From IMG/VR virus record IMGVR_UViG_3300037499_000265, positions 63,506 through 127,505 of that record: a stretch of DNA of 64,000 bases, one strand, 5' to 3'. The notes below the pieces were generated by a model, which had not been told where the DNA came from, did no database searches, and saw nothing but the letters and a program-made list of their open reading frames with translations. The stretch comes from a virus. This document shows, one piece after another, positions 52,839 to 62,306 of this stretch. The position numbers and the translations under genes are program-made. Every line of letters starts with the position of its first letter. The stretch's first letter is position 1.

Positions 52839-55800
52839 ATGGACGTGACAACCGGACACACCGTCATCGTCGACGGGCAGGTCTACGCTTTCCAGCTCCG
52901 CACCATCGAGCCTGGTGGCCGACTCATCGTCGTCGCGCCGGGCGTGGCTCCGTTCCGAGCAACGTCGCTGGACGACGCCGAGGACAAGCTGCGCAGCGTC
53001 TACACCGGAGGAGAATCGATGAACGCCAATGAACTCACAACGCCAGCCGTTGCCTGCTGCCGATACAAGGGTGTCAACTCCCGCGGGCTCGGTAGTGTCG
53101 GAGAACTTTCGGTGAGCCCCGGTCACCTGGCCTGGAGCCTCTACACTCGCGGCTGGCGCGAGCTGACCGTCACTCGCGACGGCGTCGAGGTCGGTGGCAT
53201 CGGCTCAGATCCAGACAGCGGTCACCGTCGCTGGTGGGGCGAGGAGGCGAACGATGAACGTCGATGAACTCACCGCGTTGCCTGCTGGCACCGTCGTGCG
53301 CGACTCGCGGGGCGTGGTGTGGGTGTGTGTCGTCGGCGACCTGCTCGGCGTGCACTGGCGAGGTACGAACGGCGCCAACGCTTACTCCGCGGCACTGCTC
53401 GCCGGCGACAGGGCGGTCGAGGTTCTGTGGCGGGACGACGGCGTCGACACCCCACGTGACCTGGTCAAGTATGAGTCCGGTTACGACGCTGGCTATGACG
53501 CTGGCTATGAGGCGGGTTACGGCTTCACTCAGGAAGACGACTGATGATCCGAGTCGAGATCTCTGACGGCAAGGGCGGCTATTGGCGGCACGAGATGCCG
53601 GCGGTCCCTCGCGAAGGCGACCGTCTTGAACTGGAGGTCGACACCCGTATATGGGCCGTCTATCTGGTCAAAGAGGTGACCTGGACTCCGACCGACGACG
53701 ACACCGACGCGAATATCGTTGTGGCGCACATCACTGGTCACAGGGAATCCTGATGGGCAGATCGAAGCCAGTACATCCAGCCGTTCTGGTCGGCATCGAC
53801 GAACTCGCGGTGTATAACGCCGAGGTGAGCCGGGGGATCGTGCACACGCCGGAGTGGAAGGCATTGATGGCCGAGCGCCAGCGTCAGTTCGACGAGTGGC
53901 AGGACGCTAAGTTCGTCGAAGAACACCCCAACCACACTCTCATCAAGTTAGCGGATGGTGGAGTTCTCGCCGTCCCACCTGACGTCGACGCCTCGATGAT
54001 CAACACCAAGCTGTTTCCACGTAAGGAGGACTCGTGACCAGCCTAGAGCGACGTAAGGAGATAATCGCGCTGATCTCGTGGGTGACGCCGTTGAAGCGAT
54101 CACGCTCGTGCGACGGCATCAAGTGGAGCAAGGTGTCGTTGAAGCATGTTCATTGGGTTCGTGACAACCCTCCGGAGGGCATCCCCGACAGGCTGCGCTG
54201 CAAGAACCAGGCGCACTGGAAGTTCACCTACCTGAAGCTTGACCCGCGTAGCTCGAAGGGGCCGCGATACTTCTGCTGGTCCCACCTGATGTATTCCGGC
54301 CTGTTCGGCAGCGATCTCGAGATCAAGCGAACCGAGCGCTGGCTGGAGCGCAACGCCGACAGGATCGCGGAGGTGGTGTTGAGATGACGACTGACCGCCA
54401 CATCCCCGACCTGGACCACACGACGCTGGTCGAGCACGTCCCGTCCTATCCGGCGCAGCCCGAAGGCCACGGCATGGCTCCGTTGAGCGAGTACTTCCCG
54501 GACGACTACGTCTGTCATGCGTGCAGCGATGCCGGGGACGAGTGGATCGGCTGCCGACTCGCGACCTGGACCGACCCGATCGCCGAACTACGACGGCTCA
54601 CCGGCGTGGATCGTTCGGAGATGAGCATCGAGTATCTGCACTCGTGGGCTGCTGACATCGTCGCCGCGGTTGATCGTATTCGAGTGATCAAGGAAGACGA
54701 AACGTGAGGAGAAATAGTATGATCAACACCCCGTTGCTACGCAAGGCAGTGGAGTGGGTCGAAGAACAGGCAGCGCTGGACGTGAGCGCTCGTCAGTGGC
54801 GCCAGTCCTCCTGGATCGCACCCGCGGTCACGTTCGATGAGGTAGCGGTCAACGACGATCACGAGTTCTACCAAGCCTTCACCGTCGAGCCCACCTGTAG
54901 AACCAAGGCCTGCGTGGCGGGCAAGCTGGTGCTCGACGCCGGCTACACACGTTTCCGTCGCGTAGATTGGTCGATCGATTCGGTGATGACCGAGAACGGT
55001 TGGGAGCAGATCCCTGTCGTGGCCAGACGCCTGCTGGGAGCCGAGAACTTCGATGGCGGCCTGTTCGACCTGAGCAACACCGCCGAGGATGTGCGTCGCA
55101 TCGCCGAAGACATCGCTGGCGAGAAGTTGTGATCACGATCAGGTTCAACGTCGTCACCGATACCAGCGCTCGCGGTTACTTCAAGGCCGAACTCCCTGCC
55201 GTCCCACGAGTCGGGGAGTACATTCATCGGGAAGTCGACGGCGAGGAAGACGAGTACACCGTCCAGCGTGTCAGCTTCGATCTCGACGACGGCTCGGTCC
55301 ACGTGGTGTTGAGATGATCGAGATGTTGATCGGCGCCGGGCTGATGCTCGTCGGATTCGTTCTCGGACGTCTGCACCGACCGAGACGAGCGCCAGCGAGT
55401 CCGAAAGAGGTCTGCCAGTGTGGACATGGCGTGTCAACGCACGATGCGGCCGGGTGTCACAAGGTCAATTTCATCACCGAGAAAGTGATCGTCGGCACAG
55501 AGGAGTACCTCGGCGAAAGACGAGCGATCACCGACAAGAAGATCGTCGACCAGCACGAGTGCTTCTGCGTCCGGTACGTCGGTCCACACTCGTCCTACGT
55601 CCCGGAGCTGGACTCGTGACCGCGCGCCGCATCAATACCTCGCCGGTCACGCTACCGCTGTCCATCCGCCGCTGGAGCGGGATGAACGAGGACGTCTTCG
55701 TCATCATCGACGACACCGGCCTGTGGGTGGCCGAGGTGCGCAACGACCTCATCGCCATCCAGATCGCCCAGGTTCTCGACCCGAGAGACCGTGACCACCG

Positions 55801-56090
55801 TGTGGAGTAGGGAGAACCTGCTCGACGAGATCGAGCACCTTCGCCTGCTCGGCATCCCGGCGCAGGACTGGCCGTCGGATCTGGGCATGACACAGGAGGC
55901 ACTCAGCCGAGCCCTCTACCGGGCGGGTGAGGCCGAGCTTGCTCGTCCGTTCGTCAGGGCTGCCTGGCACGACCGTACGAAACGGCTCTCACCTCTCCCA
56001 TGTGAGAACTGCGGCGGGCCGAAGGTCGCGGCCAACAAGCGTTACTGCTCGCAGATCTGCTACCACGCTAACGGCCTAGTCGGTCGTTGA
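52839..56090 (+). CDS. Array of about 11 coupled small hypothetical genes (52839-53267, 53254-53544, 53544-53753, 53753-54037, 54034-54387, 54384-54707, 54719-55132, 55129-55317, 55314-55619, 55616-55810, 55791-56090)
   Basis: ATGA/GTGA overlaps and GGAG RBSs. 53544 and 55129 share a (E/H)xPAVPRxG motif; 55791 has an HTH-like segment plus a CENC...CSQIC finger. Confidence 0.6.
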
Positions 56091-56115
56091 CACGACCGAC
56101 TAAACCCGATACGGT
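56087..56115 (+). promoter_or_regulatory. Promoter TTGACA-N17-TACGGT
   Basis: Family variant. Confidence 0.65.
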
Positions 56116-56168
56116 TTGTATCGACAACCAGAGTCCTGACTAGAAATAGACTCACGTGGAGGTGAACG

Positions 56169-56483
56169 ATGCCTGAACTGAACGACACAGCGGTCGCAAT
56201 GGCTGACCCTCGACCAGGCGACCGGTACCACGAGATGTACTCGTTCTGGGTCTACGTCCTGACGGTGGACGACGGTGTGACCGTTATCGAGTGTGGCGGC
56301 CACCCGAGCCACATCGGGGACCGCGGGAGCCTGCGTCGGTTCGTCGACCACGACCAGTTCCGGGCGGCCTACCAGTACAAGTCGGACCTGCCCGGCTACT
56401 GGGTACGGCTGTCTGAGCGCGACATGGCCGCACTGGCCGAGAAGTTCTTACCCGAGATCGAAAGAGATGAGGTATCGAAGTGA
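56169..56483 (+). CDS. Hypothetical protein
   Basis: GGAGG RBS; PRPGDRYHEMYSFWVYV. Confidence 0.65.
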   Translation: MPELNDTAVAMADPRPGDRYHEMYSFWVYVLTVDDGVTVIECGGHPSHIGDRGSLRRFVDHDQFRAAYQYKSDLPGYWVRLSERDMAALAEKFLPEIERDEVSK

Positions 56484-56956
56484 TCATATTCTGGATCGTC
56501 ATCACCGGAGCTGTGGTGTTCGCCTTAGCCCTGCTGTACTTCGGCAGCCAGCTGAGCAAGAACAGTAGCGACCGTCACGCGGGTGAGGGGCTGGTAGGCA
56601 CCGCGCTGGTCATCGGCTGTATCGCCCTGGTCGCCGCGCTGATCGGCGGCATCATGGCAGCCTGGCCGAATTACCAGCTGTGGAGCGCCAAGATCGAGCG
56701 TGAGCGAATCGTCGTCCAGGCTGTACAGGAGGCTGATGCGGCAAGAGAGCAGGCCCGCGGCGAGGTGTTCCGTGCCGAAGGTGTCGCGGAGGCGAACCGG
56801 ATCGTCAACGAGTCGTTGACGCCTGAGTACCTTCGCTATCACTACATCAACACCCTGGCCGAGAACAACCAGAACGTGATCTACATCCCGACCGAGGCCG
56901 GGCTGCCGATCCTCGAGGCCGGCGGTCAGTTCGGACAGCGGGAGCGACCAGAATGA
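56480..56956 (+). CDS. Membrane protein with a band-7/SPFH-like C-terminal coiled coil
   Basis: Two TM segments; AEGVAEANRIVNESLTPEYLRY...VIYIPTEAGLPILEA. Confidence 0.7.
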   Translation: MIIFWIVITGAVVFALALLYFGSQLSKNSSDRHAGEGLVGTALVIGCIALVAALIGGIMAAWPNYQLWSAKIERERIVVQAVQEADAAREQARGEVFRAEGVAEANRIVNESLTPEYLRYHYINTLAENNQNVIYIPTEAGLPILEAGGQFGQRERPE

Positions 56957-57622
56957 CAGGCGACTGGGTACCTCTGGAATCAGACTCACCGACGATCCCG
57001 TACCACCTCCGGGATGACGCGCCGCCGCTAGCCGAGTGCAATCGGTGCCATCGCGAGACGTGGGACCCGGACGACATCAGCACCGAGGACCGGATGCCGC
57101 AGCCTGACGGCAACCCGTGTGGCGGCTGGTTCGTGGCGGAAGGGTCGGGATGAGACTGACAGCGCCTCCAGTGGATCGAGTCGATGTGGACTGGGCCGTA
57201 CTGCACCGCGATCTCGCAGACGTGTACGAGCGGCACGGCATGGCCGTACAGGCGAACGTCCATCGTCGTCTGGCTCTGGCGCACGCGGCGGCTCGTAGCG
57301 TTGCTGCTGCCAAGACGAGAGGGAGTCACGACACGTGATAGGCACATTCATCTGCGTCCCTGTCGAAGCCTTGACCGACCCACCGAATGGGCTGGTAACG
57401 CACTTCAAGGACTACTGGTGGGTCCACGTCCCTGGCAAGGGCATCGTCTTCCACAAGGTTGGCCGCCACATCTCCCCACTGGGCAATCCGAACGAGATCA
57501 TCACCAAGACTCTCTTCGACAAGTTCGACTACCCTCCGGGGGCCGAAGTGCTGCTCGTGGAGCACGTCTTCGTCCGGACGAACCACGAAGGCGAGCTGCG
57601 CCTGCCGAAGGTCGATTCGTGA
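56953..57622 (+). CDS. Three small coupled hypothetical genes (56953-57153, 57150-57338, 57335-57622)
   Basis: ATGA/GTGA overlaps. Confidence 0.55.
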
Positions 57623-57990
57623 CCGCCGGGACTAGGGGAACCAGAGGAACTACCAACGGCAACGTGCGAGGCTCGTCGTACGACCGCCAGCGGCGCCGGG
57701 AGTGGCTGGTGCAGACCTATCGGGCGAACGTCGACGTTCGACTCGAGGGAGCGATCATCATCAGCAGGTTGACCGGTCGTCCGTTGAGGGGCGGTTGGCA
57801 GCTGGCATGTCGCTGCTACCGTTGCGGGACGCTGCTCACCGTGGACACTGTGACCGTCGATCGGATCGTCCCGGGCGCGCAAGGCGGCACGTATCGAAGA
57901 TCAAACATCCGCCCTTCCTGTCAGCCCTGTGCATCGAGAACAGGTGCTCAACTGGGGGCTGAGCGTCGTCGGGCCAAATCTGAACGTTGA
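57619..57990 (+). CDS. HNH-family endonuclease (DR variant)
   Basis: GTG start; CYRCG...TVDRIVPGAQGGTYRRSNIRPSCQPC. Confidence 0.75.
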   Translation: MTAGTRGTRGTTNGNVRGSSYDRQRRREWLVQTYRANVDVRLEGAIIISRLTGRPLRGGWQLACRCYRCGTLLTVDTVTVDRIVPGAQGGTYRRSNIRPSCQPCASRTGAQLGAERRRAKSER

Positions 57991-57995
57991 CAGGG

Positions 57996-58024
57996 TTGAC
58001 ATGTCCACTCTAACCCGCTACTGT
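57996..58024 (+). promoter_or_regulatory. Promoter TTGACA-N17-TACTGT
   Basis: Family consensus. Confidence 0.8.
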
Positions 58025-58085
58025 CTGTAGTGGATACAGACAATCGATCTTTGGAGGCCATCATGAACCTTGAGGACCATCAGTC

Positions 58086-58451
58086 GTGACCGAACGAAAC
58101 GAGCAGTCGCAGTTCCCCGACGCCGACCATCCCGGAGTGGCACCCGGCGCTCCGAATCAGTGGGCCGTCCCGGTCAACCCGGCCGCCTTCGCCCCACGAC
58201 AGACCAACGGGCTCGCCGTCGCCAGTCTGGTGCTCGGCATCCTCTGGCTGTTCTGGATCGGATCGATCCTGGCCGTCATCTTCGGTCACGTCGCGCTGAA
58301 CCAGATCAAGGCCCAGGAGGGACCGTCTCGTCCCGAGGGTAAGGGCCTAGCCATCGCCGGCCTGGTGCTCGGCTACGTCGGCGTAGGCACACTCACGGCG
58401 TGGTTCTTCCTCTTCCTGCTGGCAGTTGTCGCCGGTTCAGGAGGCGGGTGA
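58086..58451 (+). CDS. DUF4190-like membrane protein
   Basis: TNGLAVASLVLGIL...GHVALNQIK...GKGLAIAGLVLGY. Confidence 0.85.
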   Translation: MTERNEQSQFPDADHPGVAPGAPNQWAVPVNPAAFAPRQTNGLAVASLVLGILWLFWIGSILAVIFGHVALNQIKAQEGPSRPEGKGLAIAGLVLGYVGVGTLTAWFFLFLLAVVAGSGGG

Positions 58452-58452
58452 G

Positions 58453-58845
58453 ATGAAGACTCTGTTCGCCGGCGTCGCCGTTGTACTCGTGCTGCTGACC
58501 GGGTGTGGCGATGGCTCGAGTGTTTCACGTGAAACGGGCGCAGTCCCGGAGGCGACCGTGTTCGAGCAGGTGCAGTCCGATTGTGTCGTCCCGGCCACCT
58601 CTCTCGGTGACGACGGGTACACGCTCGTCATCGACCACAAGGGTGAGGACGATGTCGTCGGGGTCGATTACGGGACGGTGCTGTGTGTTCTGGACGCCCT
58701 GGACACTCCGACATCCGTGCGGGCTCAGATGGACTCCACCAGGGCTCTGGACGGCATGAGGTCCGGCTCGTGGGGCGACTTCACGGCCGTCTGGTCGTAC
58801 CATCCGGACAGTGGCGTGAACCTGATCATCGAAGAGGTGCAGTGA
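58453..58845 (+). CDS. Lipoprotein
   Basis: MKTLFAGVAVVLVLLTGC lipobox. Confidence 0.8.
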   Translation: MKTLFAGVAVVLVLLTGCGDGSSVSRETGAVPEATVFEQVQSDCVVPATSLGDDGYTLVIDHKGEDDVVGVDYGTVLCVLDALDTPTSVRAQMDSTRALDGMRSGSWGDFTAVWSYHPDSGVNLIIEEVQ

Positions 58846-59280
58846 GTCAGATCAGTTGGACTCGGATCCGGGCCGGCTGCCCGCGCTGTGGCGAGAAGCT
58901 GCAGTACCACGGGGCGACCGTCTGGTGCCTGCGTTGCGGCTGGGGTAAGAACTGGGATCAACTCACTTCCGCGGAACGCCGCGGGGAAATGGAGGAGTGA
59001 ATCATGGGTGGCGGACCGACCAAGGACAGCGAGACCGAGAACGGCGAGCAGCAGCTCGAGCGCGACCAGCAGGTCGGCGACGAACGTCGTTCTGGCGGTG
59101 ACAAGTGACTATCGGAATACCAGGACCTCGTGACCAGCTGGGCAGCGGTGGCGGTAAGTTGTCGTTCCGCGCCACCCCTGACAAGAAGGCCGCGAGGAAG
59201 AAGGCCAGGGCCAAGAAACGGCAGGGCTGGCGGGATCTCGGCAGCGGTCATGAACGTGCCGGCTGGGGATCGGATCAGCG

Positions 59281-59574
59281 ATGAGCGTGATCTGGAAGTT
59301 CCCCATTTTCAACGGATTCACCCCCACCTCGCTGGTGGAGATGCCGGCCGGTGCCGAGATTCTGGCGTTGCAGTTGGACGCCGGCGACACCAAGCTGTGG
59401 CCTGCTGTGTGGGCGACGGTTGACCCGGACGCTCCGAAGGTGCAGCGGCGGTTCGTCAACGTCGGCACCGGCCGTCCTGCGCCGGAGGACGGGGTGTACG
59501 TGGGGACGTGGCAGAAACTCGCTCATGACGGCGCGAACTACGTGTTCCACGTGTTCGAGGTGCCGCTATCGTGA
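59281..59574 (+). CDS. Conserved-looking small phage protein
   Basis: MSVIWKFPI...MPAGAEILALQ...VGTGRP...YVGT..VFHVFE. Confidence 0.7.
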   Translation: MSVIWKFPIFNGFTPTSLVEMPAGAEILALQLDAGDTKLWPAVWATVDPDAPKVQRRFVNVGTGRPAPEDGVYVGTWQKLAHDGANYVFHVFEVPLS

Positions 59575-59996
59575 ACTCCTGGCTGATCGCACTCGCCATT
59601 GAGTTCGGCGTGGCGTTGCTGTCGCTGCGCTGGTTCGGCGCCTGGCACCTAGGCAGGTACTCGGTGTTGATGTCCGAGATGCGCTGTCACGGGGATGCGG
59701 TCCGTGACTCTTGGGGCGACATCGACAAGCGCGTTTTCGACAGTCAGGCCACATGCGTCCGCAAGCACGCTGCCAATTGTTGGCGAGAAGACCACGATCC
59801 GAAGTTCCGCGACCGCACCCTGAGTTCCGGGTTCGCCATTGTCGGGCTGTCACTGCTCTGGCCAGTGCTGATCTGGGCGTTCCTGGCGTTGCGTGTCACC
59901 CCGCCGACGACGCTGGGGCTCAAGGCGGAGAACGAGCGCCAACAGGAAGAGATTGATCGTCTCGAAGCCAAGCTGAAGGTGGGTAATGATGAGTGA
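59571..59996 (+). CDS. Membrane protein with a C-terminal coiled coil
   Basis: Two hydrophobic segments; LLWPVLIW. Confidence 0.6.
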   Translation: MNSWLIALAIEFGVALLSLRWFGAWHLGRYSVLMSEMRCHGDAVRDSWGDIDKRVFDSQATCVRKHAANCWREDHDPKFRDRTLSSGFAIVGLSLLWPVLIWAFLALRVTPPTTLGLKAENERQQEEIDRLEAKLKVGNDE

Positions 59997-60114
59997 TCCG
60001 CTGGCCGTGGCGCGTCGCGCCGCTGAGTTTCAACAGTGGGCAGATGAACGCGGGATCGGGCGCGACGTGGACGATGCGATCCAAGCTCGATCACGTCTAA
60101 TGGAAGGTGACCCG

Positions 60115-60645
60115 GTGACCGACGAGAAGCGGACGCCGCTGCTGTGCCTGGACATCGACGGCACCGTGCGGCAGGGCAAGGACGATGCGCTCGGACGCTT
60201 CGTCAACGGCCCTGACGATGTGGTGGTGTTCCCGGAGGCGATCGAGCAGATGAGCCGTTGGCAACGACGAGGCGGGCGGATTCTCGGCGTGTCCAATCAG
60301 GGCGGGATCGCGCTCGGCTATATGACGATGTCGATCGCGATGGCAGCGATGCTGGAAACGAATCGTCAGGCTCTAAATCTGTTCGACAAGATCGTTTTCT
60401 GTCGGCACCATCCCGACGCCAGCGATCCGGAGATGGCTCGCTGCTGGTGCCGCAAGCCTTCCCCTGGGCTGATCGTCGAGGCCGCTCTCGAGATGGCTCG
60501 CGACCACAACGAGATCTACCCGCAGTACATGGGCCTGATGGTCGGCGATCGCCCGGAGGACGAGGAGTGTGCCCGACTCGCCGGACTGCCGTTCATGTGG
60601 GCGAGCGACTGGCGAAACGGCAAGGAGGCTGTTACAGATGAGTGA
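60115..60645 (+). CDS. HAD class IIIA phosphatase (GmhB/PNKP-phosphatase-like)
   Basis: CLDIDGT, VSNQGG, CRHHP...CWCRKPSPGL, MVGDRPED. The start may be GTG 60115 or upstream. Confidence 0.85.
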   Translation: MTDEKRTPLLCLDIDGTVRQGKDDALGRFVNGPDDVVVFPEAIEQMSRWQRRGGRILGVSNQGGIALGYMTMSIAMAAMLETNRQALNLFDKIVFCRHHPDASDPEMARCWCRKPSPGLIVEAALEMARDHNEIYPQYMGLMVGDRPEDEECARLAGLPFMWASDWRNGKEAVTDE

Positions 60646-61129
60646 TTTCGACCGACCCAGCGCATCGCAGGTCGCCCGGCACGGCTGGGCAACGATCCTC
60701 GTTGTCGCGGGAGTGATCATCGCCTTGATCCTCGTCGCCACGATGTGGGTATTCGGCTGGGGGTTTTTCTCCCGGGCGACCGCCGACTTCCGCGGCGAGA
60801 CCGGAGTGATCGAGCGGGTGCACGCCGACCCGGACTACAGGATCGCCAACTACGACTGGTTCTTCAACCAGTGTGCGGCGGTGCAGAACCAGGAAGGCCT
60901 GATCGTCCAGTTGGAGGCCGAGCTGACCGACGACCTGACCGCAAGCCGCGAATCGCAGATCAAGGCCACACTCACCGCAGTGCGATCCAACCGGACCACC
61001 CTGATCAACAACTACAACTCACGCGCCAACAGGGAAGACACGGCGGCCAACTTCTTGGCCTCGAACCTTCCCGACCAATTGGACCCGAACGAGGAGGAAA
61101 CCACATGCACACCAAAACTAGAAGACTGA
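60638..61129 (+). CDS. Single-TM protein with a coiled coil
   Basis: RIANYDWFFNQC...INNYNSRA; paired with the downstream lipoprotein. Confidence 0.7.
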   Translation: MSDFDRPSASQVARHGWATILVVAGVIIALILVATMWVFGWGFFSRATADFRGETGVIERVHADPDYRIANYDWFFNQCAAVQNQEGLIVQLEAELTDDLTASRESQIKATLTAVRSNRTTLINNYNSRANREDTAANFLASNLPDQLDPNEEETTCTPKLED

Positions 61130-61701
61130 GTAATAAGATCGCTGGTGCTGTCGGACTGATCGTGGCTGTGGTGATGGTCACAGCGAGTTCTTGTGAGCCA
61201 GAGGCGACGCCCCAGTCACAGGAACGAGACCGGCAACAGAGCAACTACACACGGCTATCCGAGATCGAGCCGGCACAAGAGATGCAGCATCCGATCACGC
61301 GGATAAGCGTCAACGGCTGGATCGCGACCTGGGACGAGCCAGGCAAACTGGCTTACGTCTATCTCCAAGGCGCGAACGGTGAGCTGCTCGGCTACTACAT
61401 TCTCGAAGGGCTGCCGGTCAGCTACTGCGTCTCGTTGACACCCACGTACACCTGGGAGGACATCCCCGGAGACGGCAGCAGTACCAAAGCCCAAGTTCCC
61501 GCTCCTGCGATGGACGGCGTCTACTACGGCGGGGCCGGGGCGTGCAATACCTACTACGGCTTCGACGCCGGAACGGGTGCGTACATCGAGTACACCGCCG
61601 GCCTCGGCATCAACGTGTTGCTCTACGACCAGCCACTGCCCCGTCAGGACGTCCAGCCGCTGGGGTTCTCCACCATCGAGGACGTCGAGGAGAACCAGTG
61701 A
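61105..61701 (+). CDS. Lipoprotein-like protein
   Basis: GAGGAGG RBS; signal peptide ending VTASSC; APAMDGVYYG. Confidence 0.7.
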   Translation: MHTKTRRLSNKIAGAVGLIVAVVMVTASSCEPEATPQSQERDRQQSNYTRLSEIEPAQEMQHPITRISVNGWIATWDEPGKLAYVYLQGANGELLGYYILEGLPVSYCVSLTPTYTWEDIPGDGSSTKAQVPAPAMDGVYYGGAGACNTYYGFDAGTGAYIEYTAGLGINVLLYDQPLPRQDVQPLGFSTIEDVEENQ

Positions 61702-61744
61702 CGTCTGGGCAGCCACTCGAGCTGGCGGAACGGCAAAGAGTTGA

Positions 61745-62224
61745 GTGATCATGACGGTGGACCCACAACTCAGGATCCTCCTGGCTGTTTTGGTGGGCTC
61801 TGTCGTAGGCGTGATCATCGCACCGTTGCTGTTCTGGGTCTTGTACTATCCACCGGCGCTCGACACCTCGTATGAGCGCTCGTCTATGTCCGAGGATGAG
61901 CAGCAGCAGGTCCGAGACCTGGCACGCGACTTGATCAGGCCTCTAGGCCCGAGTGGAAGATGAACGGAGGGTGTGACGATTATGTTCATTGAGCTGGAAC
62001 TCCCGTACAACCTAACGAGGGCGCCGGAGGATCAGGAACCACTACTGTTGAACGTCGGTCAGATCGAGGCGGTCACGCCTACGACCTATCGGGAGAGCGG
62101 CGCCGTCTTCGATAAGAGCGGCAGCTGTGTCCGCACGATCTCTGGCGAGAAGTTCATCGTCGCGTCCAAGCCGGAACGGGTCCGTGAACTGATCAGCAAG
62201 GCGATCAACGGTGAGATTCGATGA
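61745..62224 (+). CDS. Two small hypothetical genes (61745-61963 with a TM segment; 61973-62224)
   Basis: RBS and coupling; LLLNVGQIEAV in the second gene. Confidence 0.55.
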
Positions 62225-62235
62225 CTCACTCGGCG

Positions 62236-62264
62236 TAGACACAGGCTGAAAAGCCTGATACTGT
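62236..62264 (+). promoter_or_regulatory. Promoter TAGACA-N17-TACTGT
   Basis: Family consensus. Confidence 0.75.
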
Positions 62265-62306
62265 CGTTCTTGATACAGATGTCAAACGTGATAGGAGAGT
62301 AGATCG

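Noticed and set aside
53476-53523. GYDAGYDAGYEAGY repeat
   Set aside because: This is a common short low-complexity motif in small phage proteins; nothing further supports a function.
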